Source of the DNA: Octopus sinensis
Taxonomy: Eukaryota
Direction of reading: 5' to 3'
NCBI RefSeq assembly: GCF_006345805.1
Contig: NC_043005.1
Location: 45,074,001-45,138,000, forward strand
Length of the DNA: 64,000 nt
In this document: positions 37,602-50,513 of the stretch, piece by piece
Layout of the letters: the number at the start of each line of letters is the position of its first letter
How positions within the stretch are numbered: the first letter of the stretch is position 1
Notes under the pieces: model-generated
What the model was told of the DNA's origin: nothing
What the model saw: the letters and a program-made list of their open reading frames with translations, nothing else
Database searches by the model: none
Program-made: the position numbers and the translations under genes

Positions 37602-38865
37602 CAAATTAGAAAACAGAAAGATCTAATGGATACAAATTCATTTGCCAGTGGCACATAAAAGGCACCATTTGAGTGTGATCATTACCAGTGTTGCCTTAGT
37701 GGCACTTGTGCCCATGCTAGTAGGGTGCCAAGAGCACCATCTGAGTTTGATCGTTGCCAGAGCGGCTAACTGGCTTCCGTGCCAGTGGCACATAAAACGC
37801 ACCATTCGAGCATGGTCATTACCAGCATTGCCTTACTGACACCTGTGCCGGTGGCATGTGTAAAAAGATTCGAGCAAGGTTGTTGCCAGTACTGCCTGAC
37901 TGGCCCTGTGCCAGTGACACATAAAAAGCACCCACTACACTCCCAGAGTGGTTGGCGTTTGGAAGGGCATCCAGCTATAGAAACTCTGCCAGATCAAGAT
38001 TGGAGCCTGGTGCGGCCATCTGGTTCGCCAGCCCTCAGTCAAATTCGTCCAATCCATGCTAGCATGGAAAGTGGACTTTAAACGATGATGATTAATTTAC
38101 ATATTCACCTACAATTGTTTTATTTCACAAACAAAATTAAAATGACAAAACATACATAAATAAAAAATTTTGCATTTTAGATACCTTGTATGGAAAATCA
38201 TCAGGGTGTACAAAGGACAATACAAGGATTACATTGTGATCCATTTGGAATACTCAGAATATATAGTCATGTTAATTATGTGTATATGTATATAATAAAA
38301 TATAATGAAATTATTGTATACAGTGCTCAGGTGCACCACAACTTGTCAAAAGTGTGTATAAAGCATATGCAGTAATGTACAAATGTCTGGGAAGTGAACT
38401 GTGTATGAGTCAGATACATGCTTGCGTGTGTACGGAGGGGAGAAAATCAGGTGTAGTGTTGGCAAATCTCAGGAAGCATGGAAGGTTTGAAGGATGTAGT
38501 GCTCCAACAACTAACAACTGATGCCGACAGTTTGTTCCATACTTCAGCAATTCTTAGTTTGAAAAAATGTTTCCGAAAGTCATGGGAGCTGTGCAGTTTT
38601 CTGACTTTGTGTACTGTTTTTTGACTATGTGTGTGTGCATACATACACACATAACCATAATGTAATCCTTGTACTGTCCTTTGTACAACCTGATGATTTT
38701 CCATACAAGGTATCTAAAATGCAAAATTATATATTTATATATGTTCTGCCATTTTAATTTTGTTTGTGAAATGAAATAATTGTAGGTGAATATGTTAATT
38801 AATTAATTAATTTGTATCCTTTAGATCTCTCTGTTTTCTAGCTCAATAATAATATTTGATAATTT
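37598..38865. repeat. Long inverted repeat (~190-bp arms) with nested RTE tail and CR1-like fragment
   Basis: 37598-37640 plus 38092-38240 are reverse-complementary to 38655-38865. An RTE tail (37642-38092) splits the left arm, and a CR1 3' end (38295-38620, minus) occupies the loop. Confidence 0.8.
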
Positions 38866-39464
38866 ATGATATTTTATATGATATATTCATTGAAGAAATA
38901 TCTCTCCAGTATATAATATATTAAACCAGTGTATCTTGGATAAATATATCCCTATAAGAGGTTGAAGTATCCTAACTGTGACTATATATATCTATATATA
39001 TATATTGTGCATGAGTGTGCATGTGTGTGTGTGCATGTGTATGTGTGTTTGTGTCTCCTTGTCATGACATTGCATGATAGTGGCAAAAGCAGTGTCATTC
39101 ATTTCTGTATGAACATGTCTAGCTAAGGGGAAATATTACATTGTTTGGAAACAGGTCAATTTTGGTGGTAGGAAGAGTATCTTGTTATCAAAAATCTGTG
39201 CCGATAAACTTTTTCCAACCCATGCAAACATGAAAAAGTAGACATTTAAATGATCATTATCACATCATCTATCTTACACCAAACATAAACATAGGAGGAA
39301 GTAAAGAATTCTCTATATGGTCACTTAACTGACTGGAAATACCAACTAAGTCTCTTTCAAATCACACCCAATCATCTTTAAAATAACTGGAAAACATATT
39401 GGATGAAGTTCTAATGCATACACTATCGACAGCTCCATAAAGAAGAGTCAATCTCTGAAAGTGG

Positions 39465-40100
39465 ATGAAACACATAGAAGTGGGAGACCCAGAAAGGCAT
39501 GAGATGAAGTACTGAAGAATGACCTCAGGAAGCTGAACCTTTCAGGTGAGATGAGAAAGGACCGAGATACCAGGTACCTGGATGTACTCAAGAAGACCCA
39601 TACCCCACTGCAGAAATGCTAAGACCATCCTTCTGGTGGGGTAAAGCACTCGTGGTGATGCCACGTAAAAGCACATGTGGTACCACATAAAAGTGCCCAT
39701 GCAGCATCACGTAAAAAGGCTTGTGTAGTGTCACATAAAAGTACTTGCGTGGTGCCATATAAAAGTGCCTGTATGGTGCCATGTAAAAGTACCTATGCAG
39801 TATCACGTAAAAGTGCCTGTGTGGTGTCACATGAAAGTGCCTATGTGGTGCCATGCAAAGTGCCCATGTGGTGCCATGTAAAAGTGCCCATGCAGTGTCG
39901 TATAAAAGTGCCTGTGTGGTGTCACATGAAAGTACCCAACACACTCTGTAAAGTGGTTGGCATTAGGAAAGGCATCCAGCTGTAGAAACTATGCCAAATC
40001 AAACTGGTGTTCGGTGCAGTCACCACCAGCTTGCCAGCTTGCCATCCAACCTATGCCAGCATGGACAATGGACATTAATTGATGATGCTGATGATGATGT
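39465..40100 (+). mobile_element. RTE 3' fragment with an internal ~21-22-bp minisatellite (39650-39945)
   Basis: ORF2 end gggagacccagaaaggcatgagatgaagtactgaagaatgacctc, then about a dozen units of gtggtgccatgtaaaagtgcct, then the standard tail. Confidence 0.85.
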
Positions 40101-40593
40101 CTGAGAAAAGATGAAATGGTCATAACAAAATCACTTTTGATCATAGGTCTAATCAATCATGGGAAAAAGGACAACAACAATGGGTTCATCATTAAATTGG
40201 TTCAAGGTGGCAAGCTGGCAGAATTGTTAGCACTCCAGGCGAAATGCTTAGTGGCATTTCGCCTGCCATTACATTCTGAGTTCAAATTCTGCTGAGGTCG
40301 ACTTTGCCTTTCATCCTTTCGGGGTCGATTAAATAAGCACCAGTTATGCACTGGGGTCGATATAATCGACTTAATCCATTTGTCTGTCCTTGTTTGTCCC
40401 CTTGTGGCATTAGATAAAAAAATAGAGTTCAACATTTTCTCATTGATGCCAAAAGTATCCCAAGAAAAATCTGCAATCCTAAACTTAGTCAAATACTAAT
40501 AGAATACAAAGTATGCTGTTACATTGATTGCATTGCCCATTGGTAAAGGTCTGAGAAGTATATGAACCAATTGAATGTTCTTTTCTACTCTAG

Positions 40594-40734
40594 GTGCAAG
40601 GCCTGAATGTGAAGGCCCTCCAGTGAATGTGAGTCCTTCATGCCTTGGCTAGTATCAAAGGGGCCCATGAATAGTGTTTGAAGAGTCCGCCTCATAAGAG
40701 CAGTGATATATGCTATTGTGATCCAACCAAGCTG
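40594..40734 (+). pseudogene. Candidate exon, 141 nt, phase 0-0
   Basis: Strong acceptor ttcttttctactctag and donor CTG/GTGAGT. Frame VQGLNVKALQ*M*VLHALASIKGAHE*CLKSPPHKSSDICYCDPTKL; all frames contain stops. Confidence 0.35.
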
Positions 40735-40744
40735 GTGAGTGAAA

Positions 40745-40965
40745 GCCCATGGCTTAGTGGTTAGGATGTTGAACTCATGACTGTAAGATTGTGATTTCAA
40801 TTCCTGGACAAAGCAATGTATTGTGTTATTGAGCAAAACACTTCATTTCAAATTGCCCCAATCTATTCAGCTAGCAGGAATGAGTAACCCTGTGACAGAC
40901 CAGCATCTCATCCAGTGGTGGGTGTATATGTGCCAAAGAAACTGAAACTGGCCCTTTGAGTCTAT
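40745..40965 (+). mobile_element. SINE family C variant
   Basis: gcccatggcttagtggttagg..ttgagcaaaacacttcatttca. Related copies at 28680-28965(-), 47122-47435(-) and 61340-61680(+). Confidence 0.75.
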
Positions 40966-41110
40966 ATGATTCAGAAAGGAATTTTATCCTTTTCCTATAA
41001 GGAGCTACCAAGTTGGCAACTTTTCACTCTTGTGAAAGAGGTTACCCTTATTTGTTTTATTTGTATTTTTCAATTATTTGTGTCTGTGTATATATATATA
41101 TATATATATG

Positions 41111-41172
<62 letters not shown>

Positions 41173-42181
41173 TTGTACAGCCTGTATTTGTTTTAATGTA
41201 TCATATTTTAGTGCCTCGACACATTGTTTTATATTTTCCCACCACCACTACCGCTACCACCATTTATGTTTGTGTATGTATTTCTATATGTATTGTAACC
41301 CTTTCTGTGACAGTTTGTATTGAATGAATGGACTCTGGTGGCAAATAAAAAATTATTATTGTTGTTGCTGTCTGTTGAAGTATTCAGACATCTTCAGTTC
41401 AATGAAAAACTGGATTTTCCCACAAGTTATTTGATGAAAGAAAGGAGGTTTTTTTTTAAATTTCATTTTGTAAACAAGGAACTTTAGAATGTTTGAACCT
41501 TTACTTTACCCCATTACCTGAGGTAAAGAAAGCGTCTCTCTTTTTGATATTTTTTATTACATTTCATAATTGCCATTTATTTCCAATTTTTAACATGGCT
41601 TCTTCTAGGAAAATAAGAAGAAATGTTAACAACAAACCTGGTAGTGCCAGTCTTTTCCCCCAAGTTAAAAATATAACACAGTGTTTGAAAAAGAAACAAC
41701 AAAGGGAAACAAGAAAATGAATATAATAATATAAACAGACACACATACAGACACAAATGAAGAACAACAATATTTCTTGTAATGTTATTTGTAGGAGTTA
41801 TAACAGCAGTTTAGCTGATATTGTCAATTAGAGGGCGTTGCATGATGTAGGTAGGCTTCTAGAAAAAAAATATGGGAAAGGTACGTTACAGAGATCAGTG
41901 CATCTTTGCCCAAACAATACATCAAAATCAAAAAATAAGTAACGGGGAGAGTAACTCACCTCTGTTTTTTTTTTTAAAAACAGCTCACAACTCTAGGGAT
42001 AGTCAGAATGAAAGTATTTATCTCATCCCTTACACTAGGTAGAGTAAAGCCTTCTCTCTCAGCCAGTTGCCATGACCAGTAGTCCTACCTGATGCCTTTC
42101 AAGTACTGGGAGATGAAATTAGAGAATGGTGAAGAAAACTACTAAAGAAAAAAAAAATAGATAGAGATGTTGAAAACATAT

Positions 42182-42348
42182 AGGCAGAATGGCTGTGTGC
42201 TAAGAAGTTTGCATCTCAGCCTCATGGTTCTGGGTTCAGTCCCACTGCATGGCACTTTGGGCAAGTGTCTTCTACTATAGCCTCGGGCCAACAAAAGCCT
42301 TGTGAGTGGATTAGGTGGGTGAAAACTGAAAGAATCCTATTGCGCATG

Positions 42349-42398
<50 letters not shown>

Positions 42399-42640
42399 TG
42401 TGTGTGAGTGTGTGTCTTTATGTCTGAGTCTGTACCCAGCACTGCTTGAAAATTAGTGTTGGTATGTTTACATCCCTGTAACTTAGCAGCTCAGCAAGAA
42501 AAAAACTGATAGAATAAGTAACAGGCTTTAAGAAAAAAATACTGGGGTTGATTCGTTCGACTAAGATTCCTTAAGGTGGTGTCTCACCATGGCCACGGTC
42601 TAATTAATGACTGTAATAAGTAAAAGATTTAAAAAGAAAA
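42182..42640 (+). mobile_element. SINE family A
   Basis: Head, (TG)n tract and tail. Confidence 0.85.
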
Positions 42641-42824
42641 GCAAACAACTGTAGATCCCCCAAAGGGTGTTGAAAGTATAAAACCCTACTAAAGGACAAT
42701 TTTATCTAAAGCCAACTCAAATAGAAAATTAATCTGATTCAGAAGAAAGTAGAGGCATGTAACAGAAACCTCTAAATAATAAACTAAACTTTTAATAATA
42801 ATTACATTTGTACTCTAACAACAG

Positions 42825-42948
42825 TTATATGAGATTATGCTGGACATGGGACCTGTTACAACTCAACTAGATCAAAGGTGTTCCCTGGCAGTTTTGAAGA
42901 ACCTGATTAACCAAAGAAGTCAGAGCAGAAAGTGGTTAACATCAAAAG
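42825..42948 (+). other. Candidate coding exon (open frame)
   Basis: ctctaacaacag acceptor, AAAG/GT donor. Open frame LYEIMLDMGPVTTQLDQRCSLAVLKNLINQRSQSRKWLTSK. Confidence 0.3.
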
Positions 42949-43960
42949 GTGCCTGATCCTACTGAGAAGATTACTTTACTGTCCTGTAAAAGAGATTGTG
43001 CGTATTTGTTTTATTTGCATTTATTTTCACTTATTTTATTTTTTATCTTTTACCTTTTACCTTTTATTTGTTTCAGCCATTAGAATGCAGTCATGCTGGG
43101 GCAGCACACCAAAGAAGTTTTAATTGAATGAAACAACCTCAGTATTTATTTTTTGAAAACTTGGTACTTATTTTATTGGTCTCTTTTGCCAAACCACTAA
43201 GTTACAGGGACATAAATGCACTAACATCAGTTGCCAAGTATTGGTGGGAGACACACATACGCACAAAAATACATATACATGCACACATGTACATGCACGT
43301 GTATATAATAATATAAACAGACACATATACTGATTTAATTTCTGCCAACACTGACTTCAAGTATATAATTGCAGCCAGTAATTCGGGCTCTTTTATTGAG
43401 CCTGGCCACAGTTTATATATTTTCGTTCAACATCTGGCAGTCATCTTAGAGGTGTCCTGTATCAAAAAATATCATTCATAGCAGACATTCTTTCGACATC
43501 TTTCACACACACTTTACTTGGGCTTAGAAGTTACAGCCTGAGTTATCTATAATCATAAAAATTAAAAGTAATTCAAATTCAATGTTTTCTTGAAACAATA
43601 AATTTCTATAGAGATTAGGATTTAAATTCCAATCTATGAAAAGTTTCTATTCTACAATATTCTTAAAGAAACAAAAAATTATCCAGCGACTTGGGTTAAT
43701 ATGAATGAGCCTGGTAGATGTAAACGACTAACTGGTATCGCTTGTCAAGGGTACAGGTGACAGTCAGATCGCTGATGTATGTTGTGCACTCGACTGTTGT
43801 TATTTGATTACTGTTATTCGGTGTATCTGTGTGTAAAGATCAGTTGTGTTTTGCAGGATTGCTTCCTTTATTTTTACCCTTAACTTAGAAATGGATAAAG
43901 ACATAATGCTAGATATAAAAAATATGATGAGCCCAAATAATGCTGATGACCTGGAGTCAC

Positions 43961-44057
<97 letters not shown>

Positions 44058-44077
44058 ATATATATATATATATATAT

Positions 44078-44127
<50 letters not shown>

Positions 44128-44961
44128 CATCTATTTATCTACCATTCCAATGCTAATGATGCTTTGATAATAATAATGATTGTTTCAACTACAGACGCAA
44201 GGCCTGACAATTGGGATGAGGGAGTTAGTCAATTACATTGACTCCTAGTACTCAATTTTATCAACCACAAAAGGATGAAAGGCAAAGTTAACCTCAGTGA
44301 AATCGGAGTGCGGAATGTAAAAGCAAATGAAATGCCTCTAAGCATTTTGTCCCGGCATGCTGATAGTTCTGCCAGTCGATGCCAGTGCCACCAGACTGGC
44401 TCCCATGATGGTGGCACATAAAAAGCACCCACTACACTCTCGGAGTGGTTGGCATTAGAAAGGGCATTCAGCTGTAGAAACCTTGCCAGATCAGATTGGA
44501 GCCTGGTGTAGCATCCTGGCTTGCCAGTCCTCAGTCAAACCATCCAACCTATGCCAGCATGGAAAGCAGATGTTAAACGATGATGATGATGAGGAGGAGG
44601 AGGAGGATATACATGATGAATGTCTTTCAGTTTTCATTGACTAAATCCACTCACAAGGCTTTGGTCAGCCCGAGGCTATAGTAGAAGATACTTGCCCAAG
44701 GTGCCATGCAGTGGGGCCAAACTCAGAAGCATGTGGCTGGGGAAGCAACCTCCATACCACACAACTACTCCTGTATCTGTCATGTATTTATTTATTTGTA
44801 TTTGTTTTCATGAAGCAAATTTTTAATGTCTCAGTATATTGTGTTGCATTCTTCTCCACAACCATTTATATGTGTTTGCATTGTGTGATTACATACATGC
44901 ATGTATGCAGTATGCATGTGTGTATGTGTATATACACTTTTCCTTTTTTTTTTGTATAGAT

Positions 44962-45450
44962 CTGGTATCACAGCTGCAATTTCCATCGAAGTCAATCAAC
45001 ATCAATGGAAATTGCAGCTGTGATACCAGTGCCGGTGACAAGTAAGCGAACCATCCAATCATGGCCATTGCCAGCGCCGCCCTGACTTGCCTCCGTGCCG
45101 GTGGCATGTAAAAGCACCATCCGTTCGTGGCCGTTGCCAGCCTCACCTGGCCCCCGTGCCAGTGGCATGTAAAAAGCATATCCGATCGTGGCCGTTGCCA
45201 GCCTCGCCTGGCCCCCGTGCCAGTGGCACGTAAAAAGCACCATCCGTCCGTGACCGTTTGCCAGCTCCGTCTGGCACCTGTGCAGGTGGCACGTAAAAAG
45301 CACCCACTACACTCAAGGAGTGGTTGGCGTTAGGAAGGGCATCCAGCCATAGAAACACTGCCAGATCAGACTGGGCCTGATGCAGCCTTCTGGCTTCACA
45401 GACCCCAGTTGAACTGTCCAACCCATGCTAGCATGGAAAGCGGACGCTAA

Positions 45451-45484
<34 letters not shown>

Positions 45485-45485
45485 G
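44962..45485 (+). mobile_element. RTE 3' UTR copy with a perfect 25-bp inverted repeat at its 5' junction
   Basis: ctggtatcacagctgcaatttccat (44962-44986) / atggaaattgcagctgtgataccag (45005-45029), then ~58-bp units and the standard tail. Confidence 0.85.
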
Positions 45486-45587
45486 ATCTAAGCTTCTTGG
45501 TTGAAGGAGATAAGGTAGAACAATTGTTGTGCTGAAAATGCTTATTCAAGCAGAAACACCTGTATATGATTGACCTCTTATTTCCAG

Positions 45588-45748
45588 ACAATAAGCCTGT
45601 TCTTTTCCTCAACGACATGTCAGCTCTTGAGAACTTTTAATCCTTGCAATAATCTCCCCTTCTTAGGTAGAGTTGGTCTCAATTATCATTTGATATACAA
45701 CACTATAGGACAGGATTATCAGAATTACTTCGCTATGATTGACAGGGT
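45588..45748 (+). other. Candidate exon
   Basis: Acceptor ctcttatttccag, donor GTATGT. One open frame (TISLFFSSTTCQLLRTFNPCNNLPFLGRVGLNYHLIYNTIGQDYQNYFAMIDR) and one with stops; frame unresolved. Confidence 0.3.
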
Positions 45749-46292
45749 GTATGTTAATAAAGTTTTACATGAAAATGTTATCAAGATTATCTTTTACCTT
45801 TTACATGTTTCAGTCGTTAGACTGCGGCTATGCTGGGGCACTGTTTTGAGGAATTTTTAGCTAATTGAATTGATTCCAGTACTTAATTTCTACTTAAGCT
45901 AAGTAATTATTTTATTGGTCTCTTTTGTTGAACTGCTAAGTTACAACTGTGTAAACACACCAACAATGGATGTGAAGTAGTGATGAGGGACAAACACACA
46001 CACACACACACACACATGCACATCAGGCTTCTTTCAGTTTCTATCTACCAAATCCACTCAAAAGGCTCTGGTTGGCCCAAGGCTATACTGGAAGACACAT
46101 GTCTGAGGTGCCACACAGTGGGACTGAATCCAGAACCACGTGGTTGGAAAGCAAACTTCTTAAGATATTCAGCTTTAGGAAGAATAAGAGATCTCTTCAC
46201 TTCTGAGTTTCCATTCAAATTTCATCCCCAAAGAGCCAAAGATATTGTAAGTATCAAAAATGTCATCGAATACATCATCATCATCATCACCC

Positions 46293-46344
<52 letters not shown>

Positions 46345-46352
46345 TATTTCTA

Positions 46353-46390
<38 letters not shown>

Positions 46391-46885
46391 TTGTTTTGTT
46401 AGTTTAGATAGCATGTTGAATATGCAGAGGTTACCCAAAACTTGACTCTTTTGTTCTTGTTAATATTCTTTGGCTAGTTACCTGCTTTCTAGGCTATATC
46501 AAATTTCAGGCATTTTTCGAAATGGAAAAACAAGAAATTTCTCATTGTAAAAATAATATTTGGTTATTTAATAATGTAATATAATAGTAATGCCTGTTTT
46601 GGGTTGTTGTTTTTTTTTTGTTCTTATTTTTTGCTTTCTTTTGTTTTGCGGTTTCTACTTCACTTTCGCTTCTTTTTTTGTTTGTATTGATAAAGCACTT
46701 TTAGGTTTCTTAAAGTGTCAAGCCACTGTGTTAGCAGGCCTTTTGTAATTTTTTTGAACGAAGATATTTATAAACAATATGTTAATGAACATATGACAAT
46801 TTATTAGCAAAAAGCTTACGGCAGCTACAAAAAATATTGAATATTTTTCAAAGTTAAAGATCCTCAAAATGGTCAACTTCTGCAG

Positions 46886-47053
46886 ACTTTGAATATTTTG
46901 ATAAGACCATAGACTTAGTGGATTGTTATTCAACATACTTTGGTTCAGTTAGAAACAAAGGTGGCTTCACTATGATATCTACCAATGGATATGTATCCAA
47001 GCTGCACAGTGATCAGATACTGGAAAGCCTTTCTCCTGAAAAGATGCCCTTCA
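46886..47053 (+). other. Candidate coding exon (open frame, phase 1-1)
   Basis: cttctgcag acceptor, GTAAGG donor. Frame DFEYFDKTIDLVDCYSTYFGSVRNKGGFTMISTNGYVSKLHSDQILESLSPEKMPF. Confidence 0.35.
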
Positions 47054-47689
47054 GTAAGGAATTTTTTAAGACGACTAATGTTCAGCAAATCCAAAATCTT
47101 CACCCTATGGACATTAACTAGCACTCTGTTGATTATGGGAGTGAGTGTTCCAGTTGATCCAATCAATGGAACAGCCTGCTTGTGAAATTAACATGCAAGT
47201 GGCTGAGCACTCCACAGACACATATCCATTATGTAGCTCTCATGAGATTCAGTATGGCACAGAATGTGACAAGACTGACCTTTCAAATTACAGCTACAAC
47301 TCATTTTTGCCGGCTGAATGAACTGCAACAATGTGAAATAAAGTAACTTGCTCAAGGACACAACACACCTCAGGGTATAGAACTCATGACCTTAGAATCC
47401 TGAGCTGGATACCCAAACCACTCAGCCATGCACCTTCACTTATGAACATTAGTAACAACCAAAGCAATGAACTCTCTCAACTACAGCTCAGAGAATTTTC
47501 AAACACTATGATTCAACTTAAGGCATTTCAATCTAGATTTTCTAAATTACATCAATAAGGTAAAGAATAGCATATCAGAAAATGTGAGGTGTTGTATTTG
47601 CTGTTGACATATACTGGATAAAAAAGAAGAAAAAAGAAAAAAACACGCATGGGCATAAATTCACTACTACAGACTTTCTTTATCTGAAG

Positions 47690-47850
47690 CTTGCTATTAT
47701 GCGAAAGGGTGTTCTGGCTATCCACAAGAGATCCCAATTTCACATCACAGCTACTTCTGTATGCAGGAACTGCCATAAACCTTGTGGGAAGAATATATCG
47801 TGGCTATCTAGGGCCAACAAAGCTCATGCAAAGCAAGCTCATAGAAATCA
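47690..47850 (+). other. Candidate coding exon
   Basis: tttctttatctgaag acceptor. Open frame LLLCERVFWLSTRDPNFTSQLLLYAGTAINLVGRIYRGYLGPTKLMQSKLIEI; donor weak. Confidence 0.3.
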
Positions 47851-48116
47851 GTACTACTTAAATGCTTTGGTCTCTGTTTTATGGTTCACAGCCCTACAAC
47901 AGATTTTTTTCAGAGAACATAAACCTGTTGGTACAGGGCATGACAATATGTGAGAAATAAGAGACCTAGTATCAACACATAGACCTAGTGTCAGGATGTG
48001 GATAATGGAAGGGCTCCAAAATATAAATTCATGATATTCAGAACAAGTTTCTTTCTATCATGGAATCATTAATCAAAAAAATAAATAACTCAAGAAGTGT
48101 CTAAGTCAGGTCTTCT

Positions 48117-48335
48117 TATTTCTTTATTGCTCACAAAGGGCTAAACATAGAGGGGACAAACAAGGACAGACAAAGGGATTAAGTCGATTACATCGACCCC
48201 AGTGCATAACTAGTACTTAATTTATCGACCCCAAAAGGATGAAAGGCAAAGTTGACCTCGGCGGAATTTGAACTCAGGACATAACGGCAGACAAAATACC
48301 GCTAAGCATTTCGCCCGGCTTGCTAACGTTTCTGC
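48117..48335 (-). mobile_element. SINE family B, 5'-truncated, 11-bp TSD
   Basis: TSD tcaggtcttct at 48106-48116 and 48336-48346. Confidence 0.9.
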
Positions 48336-49164
48336 TCAGGTCTTCTGCCTCATAACATTATCTGTGAATAATTTATCAGCTATTGAACAATTTCTGAACT
48401 TGATTCTGTATCACTCTTGCTAGGCACATTCTGTTAGTGTCGACATTTTATAGTGTTCCCCACAAAGCTATGACAGTGCCACTCTCATTAGTAGAAAAAT
48501 TGCTGGGGTCCAAGCAAAGCTGCATACCATTTTCCTATCTGGTATCTATGTTCACTACCATGCTCACTGATTCAACCAAATAAATTGTTGACTGCATAAA
48601 AAAAATGTAAAGGCTATGAGAAAATTTTTCCATACTACAGCTGTGGAAATTTTTTCCATTCTACCTGTCCATGGCTCGGTCAATTGTGCATCATCCATAG
48701 GCTTGGGAACAGGGAGTGCAGGAGATACAAATGCACCTGCTAAAATTTTGTTTGTGGGGAGGCAGTGAAAATACTTTGAACATCATTCTGAGAAACTTGG
48801 TTTTTGCCCACTAAGCAAATTTCATTCCTTCACTTATGCAACATCAGTACTTCATGAAGTTACAAGAAGAAAATGATGGAAGCCCAGTGGGGTTGAAAAG
48901 CTTGGTCAATATACATTGGAATTTTCAGTGTGTATCATGTTATTATAGGCATGGTAAACTTCCATTTATTTTGAACACCATATTTTTTGATGAGGATACT
49001 GAGAGATAAATTGAGGGCAAGTTACTCACCATCACTTTTATCTGAAAACGTTACTGTTCTTGTCCTCTTTGAACAAATATTGCTGTGAATCAAGCCTCAA
49101 GTAAAGATATTACAATCTTCTTCAGTGGATGTATGTGTGTGTGTGCATGTGTGTGTGTCTGTGT

Positions 49165-49201
<37 letters not shown>

Positions 49202-50126
49202 CGTGCGCATGCACATGTGTGTAGCAAACAAACTGATATTACATTAAACTGCTGCAGTACTTGGAGGGCTCAGTTGATTGTGAGGTTGTTTCAAGCCAAT
49301 CAGCATGCAGTAATTCTGTCATTGATTTTAACCAGGTAACCTTCATTCCTATTTTGGAGTGTATTTATTTTGAACTTTGATGCTGCCTTTTGGCTGCATC
49401 AAAGTTCAAAACTGCAATATCATTTTAATTCCTCGGGGCTACTGGTCTTCACATATTGACTGAACTTGGAAAACTGAGAGGTAGAGTGTCCAAACTGATG
49501 TAATATTGACTATAAACAACACAAGTGTCAGCACAAAATTTCCATCTGTAAATGATTAAGATATCTACCGAATTCCATGGCAAACAACAGATTTGTACAA
49601 TCCAGGTATGATTAATGAATATTATGCTTGCAATCTAAATCTTGAAGACATCATCCTTTGTTTTGCTATCAGCTTTGAAGCAGAAGAAATACTGCTGTAT
49701 AATTCGTTTTACTCTAATTCATGATGGTCATTGTCTTCATATTTAATTCTTTTTATTTATTCTAACTTTGCAATTACAATGAAAAGCAGCTTCGAATTTA
49801 ATTTTTACATATAAACTTGTGTAAAAACTTTGCCTGTTGTCATAGATTTCTAACCAAACAGTGCCCTGGCTCCAACAAACTGATGGTACCATTGCAGGAC
49901 ATGATTCAGAATTGAGTGATGCTGTATTATATATACATTCTACTCATATAGAGCAATCCCTGTATTTTACTGATCCTTAATAGGACTTGACCTCAGAACA
50001 TAATAGAACAACTAAACACTTCAAGAAATCTTGTCCAGCATACTACTAATTATGCTAAACCAATGATTATATTTTTATATATATTCTCACATAACATTTT
50101 AATATTTCACTTAAACATTGAAGACT

Positions 50127-50513
50127 TTGGAAAGCACTCTGTCGGTTACGACGATGAGGGTTCCTGTTGATCCGAATCAACGGAACAGCCTGCTCATGAA
50201 ATTAACGCGTAAGTGGCTGAGCACTCCACAGACACGTGCACCCTTAACGTAGTTCTCGGGGATATTCAGCGTGACACAGAGAGTGACAAGGCCAGCCCCT
50301 TGAAATACAGGTACAACAGAAATAGGAAGTAAGAGTGAGAGAAAGTTGTGGTAAAGAGTACAGCAGGGATCACCACCATCCCTGCCAGAGCCTCGTGGAG
50401 CTTTTAGGTGTCTTCGCTCAATAAACACTCACAACACCCGGTCTGGGAGTCGAAACCGCGATCCTATGACCGCGAGTCCGCTGCCCTAACCACTGGACTA
50501 TTGTGTCTCCACG
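50127..50513 (-). mobile_element. SINE family C, full-length, 15-bp TSD
   Basis: TSD taaacattgaagact at 50112-50126 and 50514-50528. Confidence 0.92.

Noticed and set aside
43687-43756. TWVNMNEPG resembling the GH31 WxDMNEP motif; the minus strand resembles ferlin YQLxxYIYQA
   Set aside because: Both are short matches with key residues missing and no flanking homology; treated as chance.
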